From an uncultured Gammaproteobacteria bacterium (GTDB lineage Bacteria; Patescibacteriota; Microgenomatia; UBA12405): a DNA stretch of 64,000 nucleotides. The number at the start of each line of letters is the position of its first letter. The first letter of the stretch is position 1. Positions 1 through 11,001 of this stretch are shown here, in pieces. The stretch is taken from assembly GCA_964544275.1 (NCBI GenBank), contig CAZIZX010000003.1, forward strand, positions 107,705 through 171,704, written 5' to 3'. Below the pieces are notes generated by a model. It did not search any database, was not told the DNA's origin, and was given only the letters and a program-made list of their open reading frames with translations. A program made the translations under genes and the position numbers.

Positions 1-1
1 C

Positions 2-232
2 ACCCTTCATGGTGGTTCTGGAGTCGATGAAGCTCAAGTTCACCAAGCAATCAGTCTGGGTGTTGTCAAAATTAATATTAATACCCAATTGCGTCTTCAA
101 TTTAGACAATCGCTTACCAGCCAGCTCCAATCCAACAACTCCGAAAAAATCTATGAATATCTTGATCCTGTAATTTCTGACCTCAAAACATTAATCATTA
201 ACAATCTTCAAAAATTTGCCATTAAACTTTGA
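2..232 (+). CDS. fba: Class II fructose-bisphosphate aldolase, C-terminal part (5' truncated by window)
   Basis: Frame 2 translated by hand: TLHGGSGVDEAQVHQAISLGVVKININTQLR...FAIKL*, carrying the LHGGSG and KININT motifs of class II aldolases; TGA at 230-232. Confidence 0.85.
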   Translation, partial: TLHGGSGVDEAQVHQAISLGVVKININTQLRLQFRQSLTSQLQSNNSEKIYEYLDPVISDLKTLIINNLQKFAIKL

Positions 233-1145
233 CGTCATTACCATCGGCGCTGCTACAGTTGACATTTTTGCCAAATCATTGGCCTACCAGGTTGACAATA
301 ACCTCATTTCTCTACCTCACTCATCTAAAAACGAAATTACCCACAGTCTCATTTGCTCCGGTGGGGGAGCCACCAACGCCGCCGTTTCTTTTTCCCGCCT
401 CAAACTTAAGTCAGCCTGTTTATCCTTATTAGGCACCGATCCTCTTTCTGCCTATGTAATAGACGATCTGAAAAAAAACCAGGTCAATACCTCATTTCTG
501 GTTCAATCCCCCAAAGAATCTACCGATTATTCGGTTATTCTCGTCAGTCAGGACGGAGGGCGGACCATTCTCACTAATCGCGGCAGCTCTTTTCTCCAAG
601 AAAAACATATCCCCTGGTCTCGTATCAAAAGCACCAAGTGGTTTTATATTACCTCTCTTGAAGGCAATATGGATTTACTGGAGGAAATCATTGGCTTTTC
701 ATTGGAAAATAAAATCAAAGTATCTCTAAACCCCGGGCGGCGCGAACTTGACCAAAGAAAAAAACTGATTCCTCTTTTACAGCATGTCGATTTTCTTCTT
801 TTAAACAAGGAAGAATCAGAAATATTGGCAAATACTTCTGTTGCCCAATCAAATTTCTGGAATAACTTATTGTCCTTCAAATCAAAGATAATTGCCGTTA
901 CCAACGGTCGTCATGGAGCCCACATCCTCACCCCCACTCAAAACCTGTACTCCCCGGTAATAAATACCCTGCCTGTCGACGAAACCGGTGCCGGCGACTC
1001 TTTCGGTTCTGGTTTTGTTGCCGCTCTAATTTACAGCCAGGGACTCGAAATATCACTTGTCTGGGCCCTGAAAAACTCTGCTTCAGTTGTTTCTCATTTG
1101 GGCTCCAAAACCGGCCTCCTTTCACTCAATAATATAAAATCATAG
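216..1145 (+). CDS. PfkB/ribokinase-family carbohydrate kinase
   Basis: GGGATNAAV N-terminal motif and DETGAGDSFGSG C-terminal PfkB signature. Confidence 0.9.
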   Translation: MPLNFDVITIGAATVDIFAKSLAYQVDNNLISLPHSSKNEITHSLICSGGGATNAAVSFSRLKLKSACLSLLGTDPLSAYVIDDLKKNQVNTSFLVQSPKESTDYSVILVSQDGGRTILTNRGSSFLQEKHIPWSRIKSTKWFYITSLEGNMDLLEEIIGFSLENKIKVSLNPGRRELDQRKKLIPLLQHVDFLLLNKEESEILANTSVAQSNFWNNLLSFKSKIIAVTNGRHGAHILTPTQNLYSPVINTLPVDETGAGDSFGSGFVAALIYSQGLEISLVWALKNSASVVSHLGSKTGLLSLNNIKS

Positions 1146-1150
1146 AGTAT

Positions 1151-1801
1151 ATGCTGCCCAAGCCGGAAAAAAATAAAAATTTAAAAAACGCGCAACAGCT
1201 GGACCTGGTTAACAGTATCAGTAGCGAAGAAAAACTTAGCCACAAACGCCATTTCGTTATCACCTTTTTAGTTTTGACCGTTGGAATCAGTTTCCTTTTT
1301 TGGGGTTATCGATCCATAAAAAATATCATTGTCAACCATGATTTTCCCAATCTTAACATCAGTCTTCCGCTTCCGTCTAAATCCTCCCAAACAGTAACCC
1401 TTCCCTCACTTGATTCCAAAATTAAAACTATTCTAGGAAATCAGGAAAATTGGGCCATATCCGTTAGCTTGGTTAACTCTCCCGAAGAGTTTTCATGGCA
1501 ATACGACCCTCAAAATACGATTCAAAGCCTCAACCCCTCTTTAATTTTGGATAATTTATCCGACACCCCCGCCTCTTCCCAGGGTTTAATTGCCCAAGCG
1601 CTACCTCCTGGGGCCAGAGTTCAGGAAATAACCCAAAAAGAAGAAAACGCTTTTTCCTCTCAAGCCTTAATCACTGTTCCCAAAAAACAAATATTTTTAT
1701 TTATAAAAACCACGAATCTAAGTGGTCAATCTAATTACGAAGATACTCTCAAACTAATTGCTGAAGAAATTTACTGGCATATTTTAAATCTACCTAATTG
1801 A
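1151..1801 (+). CDS. Hypothetical protein with one N-terminal TM helix
   Basis: 216 aa ORF with hydrophobic segment FVITFLVLTVGISFLFWGY. Confidence 0.7.
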   Translation: MLPKPEKNKNLKNAQQLDLVNSISSEEKLSHKRHFVITFLVLTVGISFLFWGYRSIKNIIVNHDFPNLNISLPLPSKSSQTVTLPSLDSKIKTILGNQENWAISVSLVNSPEEFSWQYDPQNTIQSLNPSLILDNLSDTPASSQGLIAQALPPGARVQEITQKEENAFSSQALITVPKKQIFLFIKTTNLSGQSNYEDTLKLIAEEIYWHILNLPN

Positions 1802-3896
1802 TTCTCGTTTCACCATTATTTACCAACTGCCTACACTCTACTGCCCCCTCACTTCCGTTCATGAAATAATCTTCCTTACCGCACGCTTTTGCCTTGTACA
1901 CCCCCATCGGCGTATCCCAGTTTTCCTCCGCCTTATCGCTCAAAACTTCTTTCATAATTTTATTCCATATTGGAGTTGCCCCTGTTATACCCGAAGCCAC
2001 CCAACTCATCGGTTGACCATTATTATTTCCCACCCAGGCTGCTACCAAATAACTAGGGGTCCATCCGATACACCAGTTATCCTTCAGATTATTTGTTGTT
2101 CCGGTTTTCACTGCTACTACTTTACTGTCAATTTTAAGCAACGAATTGGGTCCGAATATTGGTGTCCTTGCTTGATTATCACTCAAAGCATTGTTGATTA
2201 AAAAGGCATAACCTGATTCAACCAACTTCTCCTTGCTGGGAATTTTTTTATATACCACTTCCCCCAGATAATTCTCAATGCTCACAATTGGATTAATTTT
2301 TACTTTATCGCCCATATTGGCAAACACGCTATATGCTTGGGCTAATTCAGTCATCTTTACTTCACCGCTTCCCAGTGCCAAAGCCAGTCCATATCTTGAT
2401 CTTTCATTCCAAGTACTAATCCCCATCGCCGATGCCAAGTCAATCATCTTATCAACACCATTCTCCGACAATAATTTTACCGAAGGCACATTCAAAGAAG
2501 AAGCCAGGGCCACTTTTAACGTTACCCTCCCCATGTATTTCCCGTTATAGTTTTGTGGCGAATAAGGCTTTTGCCCCGCCAAGTAATAAGAAACTGGGGT
2601 ATCGTCTATAGACGACGACAGCGACCACCCATTTGTCAGTGCTAACAAATAATTTATTGGTTTTATCGCCGAACCGGGTTGTCTCAAAGCCGTAGTTACG
2701 TTGTATTTACCGTCAATATTGTCGGCATAGTAATCTTTTGAACCCACCATAGCCAAAATATCTCCTTTTTTCACATCTACCACCAAAGCAGCCCCGTTAC
2801 TTATCCTCAAGTTCTTAACTTTTTCTACCTCTTCTTTAACAATCTTTTGAGCAATTTCTTGGGTCGCTATATCCAGGCTGGTGGTAATTTTAAGTCCTAA
2901 TCTTTCAAAATTTTCAAATTTATATTCTTCTTCCAAAAGCTGTCTGATATAGAACACAAAATGAGGTGCCATCAGTCTTGTTTTTTCATCGCTTATTTTT
3001 AAATTTTCATTTAATAGTTCCTCTGCTTTTTCCAATCCGATAAAACCGGCCCTTACCATCTCGTGGATCACCTGTCTCTGCCTGACAAATGCAAATTCTG
3101 GATTATTCCCGAAAGGGGAGTAAGAGCTTGGAGCCGCCGGTAATCCGGCCAAAAAAGCTGCCTCCGCCGCCTCCAATTCCCAAACATTCTTATCAAAATA
3201 TTTAAGAGCGGCTTCTTGGGCTCCATAAGTATCTCCTCCGTACGGCACTTGATTAAAGTATCTTTCCAAAATCTCATCTTTATTTAACTTTGTTTCCAGA
3301 ATCAACGCCAGTATTGCCTCTTTCATTTTTCTTTCAATACTTTTTTCACCCGAGAAAAAAACATTTTTTACCAGTTGTTGCGTAATCGTTGATCCTCCTC
3401 TCAAATTTCCGTTTTCTCCTTTCCTGAAATTGTTATAAAAGATGGCGCCGATTATACCCTTTAACGAAATCCCTCTATGTCTATAAAAGTTTTTATCTTC
3501 AATTGCCAAAGTTGCCCACACTAAAGTTTGCGGTATTTTATTTAACGTTATCCAACTTCTATTTTCATTTTTATAAAACTTATATAGCAATCTTCCGTTC
3601 CGGTCATAAATTTTTGAAGACAATATTGGTGGATTATATATGTCATTAATATTAGGCAAATCTCTTATCACCTCTTGATAAAACCAATACAAAGCCGCAC
3701 TCAATCCAAAAAATATCCAACTTAAAATTAAATATTTCCAACTAATGTCTATCTTAACTTTCTTTAAACTTTTAACTCCGGCAACAATTATTTTTGCACT
3801 ATGTCGGCAGAAGTTAACTCCCAAATCAAAAAAAATCTTTATCAACCACCACCACGGTCTACCGATATAAATCAGATACTTTGATAGTTTATGCAT
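1794..3896 (-). CDS. Class A penicillin-binding protein (transglycosylase/transpeptidase)
   Basis: EDKNFYRHRG, GGSTITQQLVKN, RKMKE transglycosylase motifs; SAIK (SxxK), SLN and KTGT transpeptidase motifs. Confidence 0.95.
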   Translation of the reverse strand: MHKLSKYLIYIGRPWWWLIKIFFDLGVNFCRHSAKIIVAGVKSLKKVKIDISWKYLILSWIFFGLSAALYWFYQEVIRDLPNINDIYNPPILSSKIYDRNGRLLYKFYKNENRSWITLNKIPQTLVWATLAIEDKNFYRHRGISLKGIIGAIFYNNFRKGENGNLRGGSTITQQLVKNVFFSGEKSIERKMKEAILALILETKLNKDEILERYFNQVPYGGDTYGAQEAALKYFDKNVWELEAAEAAFLAGLPAAPSSYSPFGNNPEFAFVRQRQVIHEMVRAGFIGLEKAEELLNENLKISDEKTRLMAPHFVFYIRQLLEEEYKFENFERLGLKITTSLDIATQEIAQKIVKEEVEKVKNLRISNGAALVVDVKKGDILAMVGSKDYYADNIDGKYNVTTALRQPGSAIKPINYLLALTNGWSLSSSIDDTPVSYYLAGQKPYSPQNYNGKYMGRVTLKVALASSLNVPSVKLLSENGVDKMIDLASAMGISTWNERSRYGLALALGSGEVKMTELAQAYSVFANMGDKVKINPIVSIENYLGEVVYKKIPSKEKLVESGYAFLINNALSDNQARTPIFGPNSLLKIDSKVVAVKTGTTNNLKDNWCIGWTPSYLVAAWVGNNNGQPMSWVASGITGATPIWNKIMKEVLSDKAEENWDTPMGVYKAKACGKEDYFMNGSEGAVECRQLVNNGETRIN

Positions 3897-3912
3897 CTAT
3901 CAACTTATGTTC

Positions 3913-6063
3913 TTAATTTGTATCCTCCACCTTTTGCTCTTCTACAACCGGACAGTCGAGACATACTTTCTCCCCACTGACATCTTCAAAAATACTATGT
4001 TCTTGCCACTCTAAATTTGGGGAAGAATCTCCTTCTTTTACCATTTTGCCCGTGTCCTTGTTTATCAACACGACTGATTTACTAACGCTCTGCTTTTTTG
4101 GAGGATATTCTTTTCTGAAATATTCAAAGTATGAGTCACAACCCTCTTCTGTCATCGATCCGCCCGTCCCTCGACACACCCTCATACTAACCACGCCGTC
4201 TGGCTTAACCGGTTCTTTCACCGCCACATCTTTTAGTAAATAAGTCATTACTTTATTCCAGATAGGCGTTGCCCCTGTTATACCCGAAGCCACGTGGCTC
4301 ATCTTTGAGTTATTGTTGTTACCCACCCATACCGTCACCACAAAATCTGAAGTATATCCTATCGTCCAATTATCTCTCAGTTCGTTCGTTGTCCCGGTTT
4401 TTACTGCTACTTCGGGATGGCCTTTAATATTTAAAAGCGACCCTCTACCAAAAACTGCACTTCGAGCTCCATCGTCTGACAGTATTTTTTGCATGATATA
4501 AGATGTTTCTCTCGATAACACCCGATCTCCTTGCATCGGCTGGTATTCAAATAATCTATCGCCATTTTTATCACTAACTTCCAAAATTGGGTTTAACTCT
4601 TGTCTGATTCCCATATTTGCTAGTACTCCAAAAGCCTTATTCATATCCGTCATCATTACTTCACCTCCTCCCAAGGTTAAGGATAATCCGTAATTGGCTG
4701 GATCATCAAATGTATTGATACCCATTGCTGATGCTGACGCAATAAATGTTTCTACTCCGTTAATTTTCAACATTTTTACTGCCGGAATATTAAGAGAGTT
4801 CGCCAATGAGTTCCTAAGCGTTTGTAAACCAAAGTATCGATAACCATAATTAGTCGGACAGTACGGCTTTTGATTTGTTACATTAAAACACGTTGGATTA
4901 TCGCTAAATATTGAAGCAGCCGTTACTTGACCCGATTCTAGCCCGACCGCATAATTTAATGGTTTAATCGACGACCCCGGCTGTCTTAAAGCCGTCGCTA
5001 CATTATATTTCCCGTCAATATCGGTCGCGAAATAATCCTTCGATCCAACCATGGCCAAAATTTGACCGCTTTCTGGTTCCGTTACCACTACGGCCCCGTT
5101 ACTAACTTTTTGCCTTTCTAATTTGGCAATCTCGCTGGCAACTGATTCTTGTACATATTCCTGCAAGTCCAGATCCAAGCTGGTTTTAATCTTTAATCCT
5201 CCCTCGGTTACCCTTTGCATTCCGTATTCTTCAATTAATTTCTCTCTTATGTAAAACACAAAATGCGGGGCTCTAATCGAACTTCGCTGAACGTAGTAAT
5301 CCAACTTTTCTTCTTCCGCCGCCTCTCTTTCTTCTTTACTAATAAACCCTTCTTCTTCCATTCTCTTTAAAACTATTATTTGTCTGCTTTTAGCCGCATC
5401 CGGATATGCAAAAGGGGAGTATTTCGTTGGGGAAGCCGGCAAACCTGCTAACAGTGCTGCTTCTGCCAAGCTCAAGTCTTTTACATCTTTGCCAAAAATT
5501 CCCTGAGCTGCGGCTTGTACTCCCCACACAGTTCCTCCATAAGGAGTTTGGTTAAAATACATTTCCAGGATCTGATCCTTGCTATAAATAATCTCTGTTG
5601 CCAAAGTCAAAAAAGCCTCCTTGATTTTCCTGATTACCGTTCTCTCTGGAGATAATAATGCATTTTTTACTAACTGCTGAGTCAGAGTCGATCCTCCTTG
5701 TAATCTTTTTTTAAATACCGTTCGATACAAACCTCTCACTATTCCTTTAAAATCCAAACCCCAATGTTTATAAAACCGGGCATCTTCTATCGCCAGGGTT
5801 GCTTTTCTCAGGTGTTCCGGCACTTCATCCAAGACCACTGGAGTTCTTCGAATATCGGCATAAATTTCAAACAAGAGTTGCCCGTTCCTATCAAATATTT
5901 GAGACGATTCTGGGTATTCTGTTGTACTTAACTTTCTTGGACTTGGAGCGTCTCTCAAAATAACTGCTCCCGCCAACACTAATACCAACAAAAACACTGA
6001 ACCCACCTTCAAAATTGACCTCGAAACCTTGCTACTCGAATTTTTCCTCTTTTTGTTTTTCAT
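3913..6063 (-). CDS. Class A penicillin-binding protein, tandem paralogue
   Basis: EDARFYKHWG, GGSTLTQQLVKN, SSIK, SLN, KTGT motifs. Confidence 0.95.
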   Translation of the reverse strand: MKNKKRKNSSSKVSRSILKVGSVFLLVLVLAGAVILRDAPSPRKLSTTEYPESSQIFDRNGQLLFEIYADIRRTPVVLDEVPEHLRKATLAIEDARFYKHWGLDFKGIVRGLYRTVFKKRLQGGSTLTQQLVKNALLSPERTVIRKIKEAFLTLATEIIYSKDQILEMYFNQTPYGGTVWGVQAAAQGIFGKDVKDLSLAEAALLAGLPASPTKYSPFAYPDAAKSRQIIVLKRMEEEGFISKEEREAAEEEKLDYYVQRSSIRAPHFVFYIREKLIEEYGMQRVTEGGLKIKTSLDLDLQEYVQESVASEIAKLERQKVSNGAVVVTEPESGQILAMVGSKDYFATDIDGKYNVATALRQPGSSIKPLNYAVGLESGQVTAASIFSDNPTCFNVTNQKPYCPTNYGYRYFGLQTLRNSLANSLNIPAVKMLKINGVETFIASASAMGINTFDDPANYGLSLTLGGGEVMMTDMNKAFGVLANMGIRQELNPILEVSDKNGDRLFEYQPMQGDRVLSRETSYIMQKILSDDGARSAVFGRGSLLNIKGHPEVAVKTGTTNELRDNWTIGYTSDFVVTVWVGNNNNSKMSHVASGITGATPIWNKVMTYLLKDVAVKEPVKPDGVVSMRVCRGTGGSMTEEGCDSYFEYFRKEYPPKKQSVSKSVVLINKDTGKMVKEGDSSPNLEWQEHSIFEDVSGEKVCLDCPVVEEQKVEDTN

Positions 6064-6673
6064 TCCACGCCTTTATTTTATTTAACATGTCGTTATATTT
6101 ATCCAAATCTTCAATAAAAGAACTATCAATTTTTGCCAAAATTTCCTCATAGGCCAACCCTGCAAAAAATATCTGATTTTCTACTGGATTGCACAGGTCC
6201 GGATTCTTTGCCTTTGCTCTATCCCATTCAGCTTTAGCCGTCACCAGAAAATCAAAAGCCTCACCCGTCTTGATTATAGCTGTTTTGTTTTTTTGTTCTT
6301 CAAATAATTTTCTACTAACCGACATTCTTTTATCAGCTATTATCAATGCAGTTTTTGCTCTATTTTCATAGTCTCCACTCAATTTCATCCAAAAAACATC
6401 CCTAACTTCCTTAAGTCCATACCAGGGATTGCCTGGCAAAATAGTTATACCCGGCAGATAATGGCTTCCTTTTTCAACCTGGCCATCTTTTTCGCTGACA
6501 ACAAACTCAACCGGACAGCTTCTCGCCTTCTCAAAGTTATTTTCCGATGCCCAGATATCCAAAGACGCCTTGGCCAACGATATAAACAAAATCAATACAG
6601 ACAATAAAATCACCACCGACACATATAGCACCCCCGCCACGTCACCCGGACTCGTGTTTCTTTTTCTTTCCAC
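6032..6673 (-). CDS. Membrane-anchored hypothetical protein (DUF5667-like)
   Basis: N-terminal TM helix; ILPGNPWYGLKEVRD resembles the LPxxPxYxLK motif of DUF5667. Confidence 0.6.
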   Translation of the reverse strand: MERKRNTSPGDVAGVLYVSVVILLSVLILFISLAKASLDIWASENNFEKARSCPVEFVVSEKDGQVEKGSHYLPGITILPGNPWYGLKEVRDVFWMKLSGDYENRAKTALIIADKRMSVSRKLFEEQKNKTAIIKTGEAFDFLVTAKAEWDRAKAKNPDLCNPVENQIFFAGLAYEEILAKIDSSFIEDLDKYNDMLNKIKAWNEKQKEEKFE

Positions 6674-6788
6674 ATTCTAATTATACTTTCAATCCCTTAC
6701 CCCATCAATTACTTATTGGATATTTTTTGTTAATAATTTTTTTTATTTCCTAACCTAAATTATCAACCCTGTCTATTTTTATAGGATT

Positions 6789-7565
6789 TCATCCTTGTTC
6801 ATTATGGTTGAAAAATGCCTGATATAAACCCACTTCCTCCCCATTTTTAATTTTTCCTCTCATATATATATATTGAGCCATAAAGACAAAGTAATTTAAC
6901 AGTTCCGGTTTCAAAGTCCGACTTGACCCGTCATTTGTGGTCAGTATTTTTAAGCTCTTTTCGATATTTACATATGGTGTTTTTACGAAAGCTTTGGCCC
7001 AACTATTCTCCTTCACTAATTTTGAATAACAGCTTATTTTGTCAAAAAGAGGCATCATCATTACCAGATCTATTGAATTTTTCAGGCTTCTTCGATTCTT
7101 CGGAATAGCTAGGTGATTTTCATCTAACCACAAATTAAAACAAAACTCGTCCCTTTCTTCTTTTCTTCCATGTCTTCGGTGGGGGATATTCTTCATTACC
7201 AATAACAGCTTTAGTTGCAACCTACTTATCCACAAACAATTTCTCCTGGTAATAACTAGTAAGTCAATATCGTCACCCTTTTTGGGATGCTTAGTCGCCA
7301 CTGATCCTGTTAACCCCAAAAATTCTATCGTTGGAATTTCTTTTTTAACCAAAGCTGCCAAGTCTCTAGCTTTTTTTAACTTTTCCCGCCAATACTTATT
7401 TTTGTTATTGCTGTCAACATCAATGTTCTTAATGTTTTTCTCAATATTCTCAACACTATAATATTCACCTCCTATTAGTCGGCTTTTAATCTCATCTTTA
7501 CTGATGGCGCAGCCGAAACTTTTGGCATAATCCACCGTTTTTTTTATGGCCTTATTAATTGACAT
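6789..7565 (-). CDS. Pol-beta-like nucleotidyltransferase-domain protein
   Basis: GLTGSVAT...GDDIDL (GS plus DxD). Start moved to the ATG at 7565 to avoid overlap with the divergent gene. Confidence 0.65.
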   Translation of the reverse strand: MSINKAIKKTVDYAKSFGCAISKDEIKSRLIGGEYYSVENIEKNIKNIDVDSNNKNKYWREKLKKARDLAALVKKEIPTIEFLGLTGSVATKHPKKGDDIDLLVITRRNCLWISRLQLKLLLVMKNIPHRRHGRKEERDEFCFNLWLDENHLAIPKNRRSLKNSIDLVMMMPLFDKISCYSKLVKENSWAKAFVKTPYVNIEKSLKILTTNDGSSRTLKPELLNYFVFMAQYIYMRGKIKNGEEVGLYQAFFNHNEQG

Positions 7566-7623
7566 ATCTCCTAATTTTAACTTAAAGCCCTTTACTACTT
7601 GATATAATAAGCCAATCTCCTTC

Positions 7624-9126
7624 ATGAACAAAAATACAAGATCTTACCGACTACTAGAGATGATTCCCGGCTCATTCGCTTGGGCCGTCATATTGTTCCC
7701 GGTTTGGGGGGCTTTCTTGGTCCCACGCCTGGTTGCTTATTTTGTTATTGCCTTTTTAGTTTATTGGTTTTATCAATCCTTCAAAGCTGCCATTCTATCC
7801 TTAATTGGATATTCCAAAATTCAAATCGCCCAAAAAACTTCATGGAAACAATTATTTCAGGATAATTTTCGTGCCGACTGGCTCAAATATAAAGACATTA
7901 ATCACGTTGTTATTATTTCTTCCTACAAAGAACCCATCGAAGTTATGGAAATGGCCGTCGGTTCCATTGCGGCCCAAGCCGATATAGACCTCAAAAAGAT
8001 ATTTGTGGTTATTGCCCAGGAAGCTCGTGCTGGCCAGGAAAATAATCAAAAAACCATCAACTATTTTTCCAAAAAATATCGCCACACCTTTGCTGATATT
8101 GTTTTTACCGAACATCCTCCCGATATTCCCGGTGAAACTGCTGGTAAGCACAGTAATGAAGCCTGGGCTGCCAAAGAATTCAAAAAGAAATATATCGACA
8201 CCAACCGTCTCAAAATAGAAAATCTTACTCTCACCAGTTGTGACGTTGACACCATTTTTAATCCTAAATATTTCTCGGCTCTCCATTATAATTTTGCTTC
8301 TGACAATGATCGGTATCTTAGATTTTGGCAGTCTCCCATTTTTTGGCATCACAATATTAGCTCTGTCCCGGCCCCGATTAGAATAATTGGCACCATGGGT
8401 AATGTCATTCACATTGCCAATATCCAGGAACCCGACGGACTATTTTTTAACTATTCTTGCTACTCCTCCTCCTACCGCCTGATCGATTCCGCTGGATATT
8501 GGGACACTGACATGATTCCCGAAGATTGGCACATTTTTCTCCAGACTTTTTTTACCACTGGAGGCCGCACTTCAGTTACACCCATCTTCCTTCCCACAGT
8601 TGTCGACGCTCCTGATGGAGATGGCTATTTTAAGGCTCTAAAAAACCGCTACAATCAATGTCTCCGCCATGCCTGGGGTGCTATCGATATTCCCTATGCT
8701 ATTGAGCAAGCCAAAATTCACACCGAAATACCAATTATTACCCGAGTTTTGCGAATCTACAAACTTATTAAAACTCATCTTATCTGGTCCAGTAATTGGT
8801 TTATTCTCACTCTTGGTACCTCACTTCCCGTCCTTCTCAATCCTAAGTTTTTTCAAACTGCCATTGGTTACAACCTCCCCCGCATATCCAACATCATCTT
8901 AACCATTTGTCTCGTCCCTCTGTTTGTTCTCATCATCCTCGATTGGAAACTTCGCCCTGATTATCAAAAAGGCTTTAAAAATTTTATCAAAAACATACTT
9001 CAGTGGCCTCTCATGCCCATTGCCACTCTTACCATGTCTGTCCTTCCCGGACTTCATTCGCATACTCGTCTTCTACTGGGCAAAAGGTTGGACTACAAAA
9101 CAACTGTCAAAAAAGCAAAAAACTAA
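7624..9126 (+). CDS. Membrane glycosyltransferase family 2 (cellulose-synthase-like)
   Basis: SYKEP, CDVD (DxD), PED and QCLRHAWG (QxxRW-like) motifs with flanking TM helices. Confidence 0.85.
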   Translation: MNKNTRSYRLLEMIPGSFAWAVILFPVWGAFLVPRLVAYFVIAFLVYWFYQSFKAAILSLIGYSKIQIAQKTSWKQLFQDNFRADWLKYKDINHVVIISSYKEPIEVMEMAVGSIAAQADIDLKKIFVVIAQEARAGQENNQKTINYFSKKYRHTFADIVFTEHPPDIPGETAGKHSNEAWAAKEFKKKYIDTNRLKIENLTLTSCDVDTIFNPKYFSALHYNFASDNDRYLRFWQSPIFWHHNISSVPAPIRIIGTMGNVIHIANIQEPDGLFFNYSCYSSSYRLIDSAGYWDTDMIPEDWHIFLQTFFTTGGRTSVTPIFLPTVVDAPDGDGYFKALKNRYNQCLRHAWGAIDIPYAIEQAKIHTEIPIITRVLRIYKLIKTHLIWSSNWFILTLGTSLPVLLNPKFFQTAIGYNLPRISNIILTICLVPLFVLIILDWKLRPDYQKGFKNFIKNILQWPLMPIATLTMSVLPGLHSHTRLLLGKRLDYKTTVKKAKN

Positions 9127-9138
9127 TATAATAACTTA

Positions 9139-10611
9139 TTGATGTTGACTATTCTTTCAAAATATCGCTTTTGGATCATCCTTTTTTTACTCTTCTTTTT
9201 CCTTCGCCTACCGTCTTTTTTTGAACCCTATTGGTATGGCGATGAAGGTATTTATCTGGTTTTGGGTCAGGCCGTTAGAAGGGGGCTGACACTTTATCAG
9301 CAAATTCATGACAATAAACCCCCAACTCTTTACTATCTGGCCGCCCTGTCTCACACGGTTTTTGGCTTTCGCCTTCTTTTGACTCTGATCATGATTCCGA
9401 CAATCATTTTGTTTTATCGCTTATCCCAGAATTTTTTCACTCTTCGCCTTTCCCGCATCGCCACCTTTATTTTTACTCTAGTTTCCTCCATTCCTCTTAT
9501 CGAAGGTACTATTGCCAATGCCGAAGTTTTTATGTTACTGCCGACCATACTGGCAATTATTCTTTTGCTCTCCCCCAGAAGAAAGCTTTCTTATCTGATT
9601 TCTGGACTCCTCCTAGGTGTTGCGTTTACCATTAAAGTCCCCGTTGCTATCGAACTTTTATTTTTAATCCTCTGGGTTAAACTCGAAGAATTGGATTTTT
9701 CTATAAAAAAGATAAAATCCAAAATTAAACCTATCTTTATTAAAGTTATTTTGCTTTCCCTTGGCTTTGCTTTACCTGTTATCGCCTTAAGTTTATACTA
9801 TTTCATTCACCAGGCGGGCGATGATTTTCTTTTCGCCGCCTTTCTCCAAAACTTTGGTTATTTGTCTTCCTGGAGCACTGGCACCCACACTTCTTCCGTC
9901 GCCTCAGGTGGGTTAATAACCAGATTCATCGTCATGCTTTTTTCTTGGATCGTCCTCCTTGGCCTGTACTTTCTTCGCGCTCTAAACAAGAAGTTCCTAT
10001 TTATTTTCCTTTGGCTGTCGGCCACCATTTTTGGCGCTCTTCTTCCTGCTCGTCCTTACCCCCACTATCTTATTCAGGTGCTTCCGCCTTTGGTTCTGGT
10101 AATCACCAGTCTTTTTCTTCACCATCAACGGTCAATTAAATCAATTTCTTTAATTGCTATTTTTATTTTGGTTACTCTGACAATAAAATATAAGTTTTAC
10201 TATTTTCCCGTCCTTACTTACTATAAAAACTTTTACTCTTACGCTTTAGGCCAAAAAAGCATCCAGGACTATCGACAGTTTTTTGGGCCTCAGGTTAATC
10301 AAAATTACCAAATTTCCCAATATATCAAGAACCATACTTTTCCCGACGATCGGATTTACGTTTGGGGTGATGAACCCTATATTTACGCTCTTTCCGACCG
10401 AATACCATCAGGGAAATATACCGTCGCCTATCATGTTGTTGATTTCAAAGGCCATGAACCAACCATTGAATCATTCAAAGCCCACCCACCCAAATATATC
10501 ATTTATTTTGTCATGCCCCATCGACCCTTTCCTCAACTTGATAAGTTTATTCTCAAGTATTATTCTCTCGACAACCTTATTGGTTCAGCCTATATTTTTA
10601 AGAAGCGTTGA
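9139..10611 (+). CDS. GT-C fold glycosyltransferase (ArnT/PMT-like)
   Basis: YGDEGIY and DNKPP motifs, many TM helices. Confidence 0.8.
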   Translation: MMLTILSKYRFWIILFLLFFFLRLPSFFEPYWYGDEGIYLVLGQAVRRGLTLYQQIHDNKPPTLYYLAALSHTVFGFRLLLTLIMIPTIILFYRLSQNFFTLRLSRIATFIFTLVSSIPLIEGTIANAEVFMLLPTILAIILLLSPRRKLSYLISGLLLGVAFTIKVPVAIELLFLILWVKLEELDFSIKKIKSKIKPIFIKVILLSLGFALPVIALSLYYFIHQAGDDFLFAAFLQNFGYLSSWSTGTHTSSVASGGLITRFIVMLFSWIVLLGLYFLRALNKKFLFIFLWLSATIFGALLPARPYPHYLIQVLPPLVLVITSLFLHHQRSIKSISLIAIFILVTLTIKYKFYYFPVLTYYKNFYSYALGQKSIQDYRQFFGPQVNQNYQISQYIKNHTFPDDRIYVWGDEPYIYALSDRIPSGKYTVAYHVVDFKGHEPTIESFKAHPPKYIIYFVMPHRPFPQLDKFILKYYSLDNLIGSAYIFKKR

Positions 10612-10617
10612 TCATTA

Positions 10618-11001
10618 ATGGCCAACATCATTCACTCACTTTCTCTTAACTTATCTTATTTGGGTAAGTTTTGGCAGGAAAAAGCCAACCAGGTTGTCTT
10701 TCGCTGGAACATCTTTTTTATAATCTTTAGTATCGGTTTTCTGATTCTTAAATTTAGCAGTCTCCCCTCCCAGGTACCTTTCTATTTTTCCTTACCTTGG
10801 GGTGAATCCCAACTAACTTCTGCCTCAACGCTCTTCCTTCTTCCCACTTTTTCCATAATCATTGCCACCATCAACAATCTCTTGGCTGCCTATATTTCTC
10901 GCACTCAAACTCTTTTTTCCCGACTTCTTGTCATTTTTTCTCTTTTATTTTCTTTTCTTTCCACCGTTGCTTTGGTTAATATTATCTTTCTTGTTGCTTA
11001 A
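10618..11001 (+). CDS. Small membrane protein (DUF1648-like)
   Basis: LPSQVPFYFS motif between TM helices; in operon with GT genes. Confidence 0.6.
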   Translation: MANIIHSLSLNLSYLGKFWQEKANQVVFRWNIFFIIFSIGFLILKFSSLPSQVPFYFSLPWGESQLTSASTLFLLPTFSIIIATINNLLAAYISRTQTLFSRLLVIFSLLFSFLSTVALVNIIFLVA

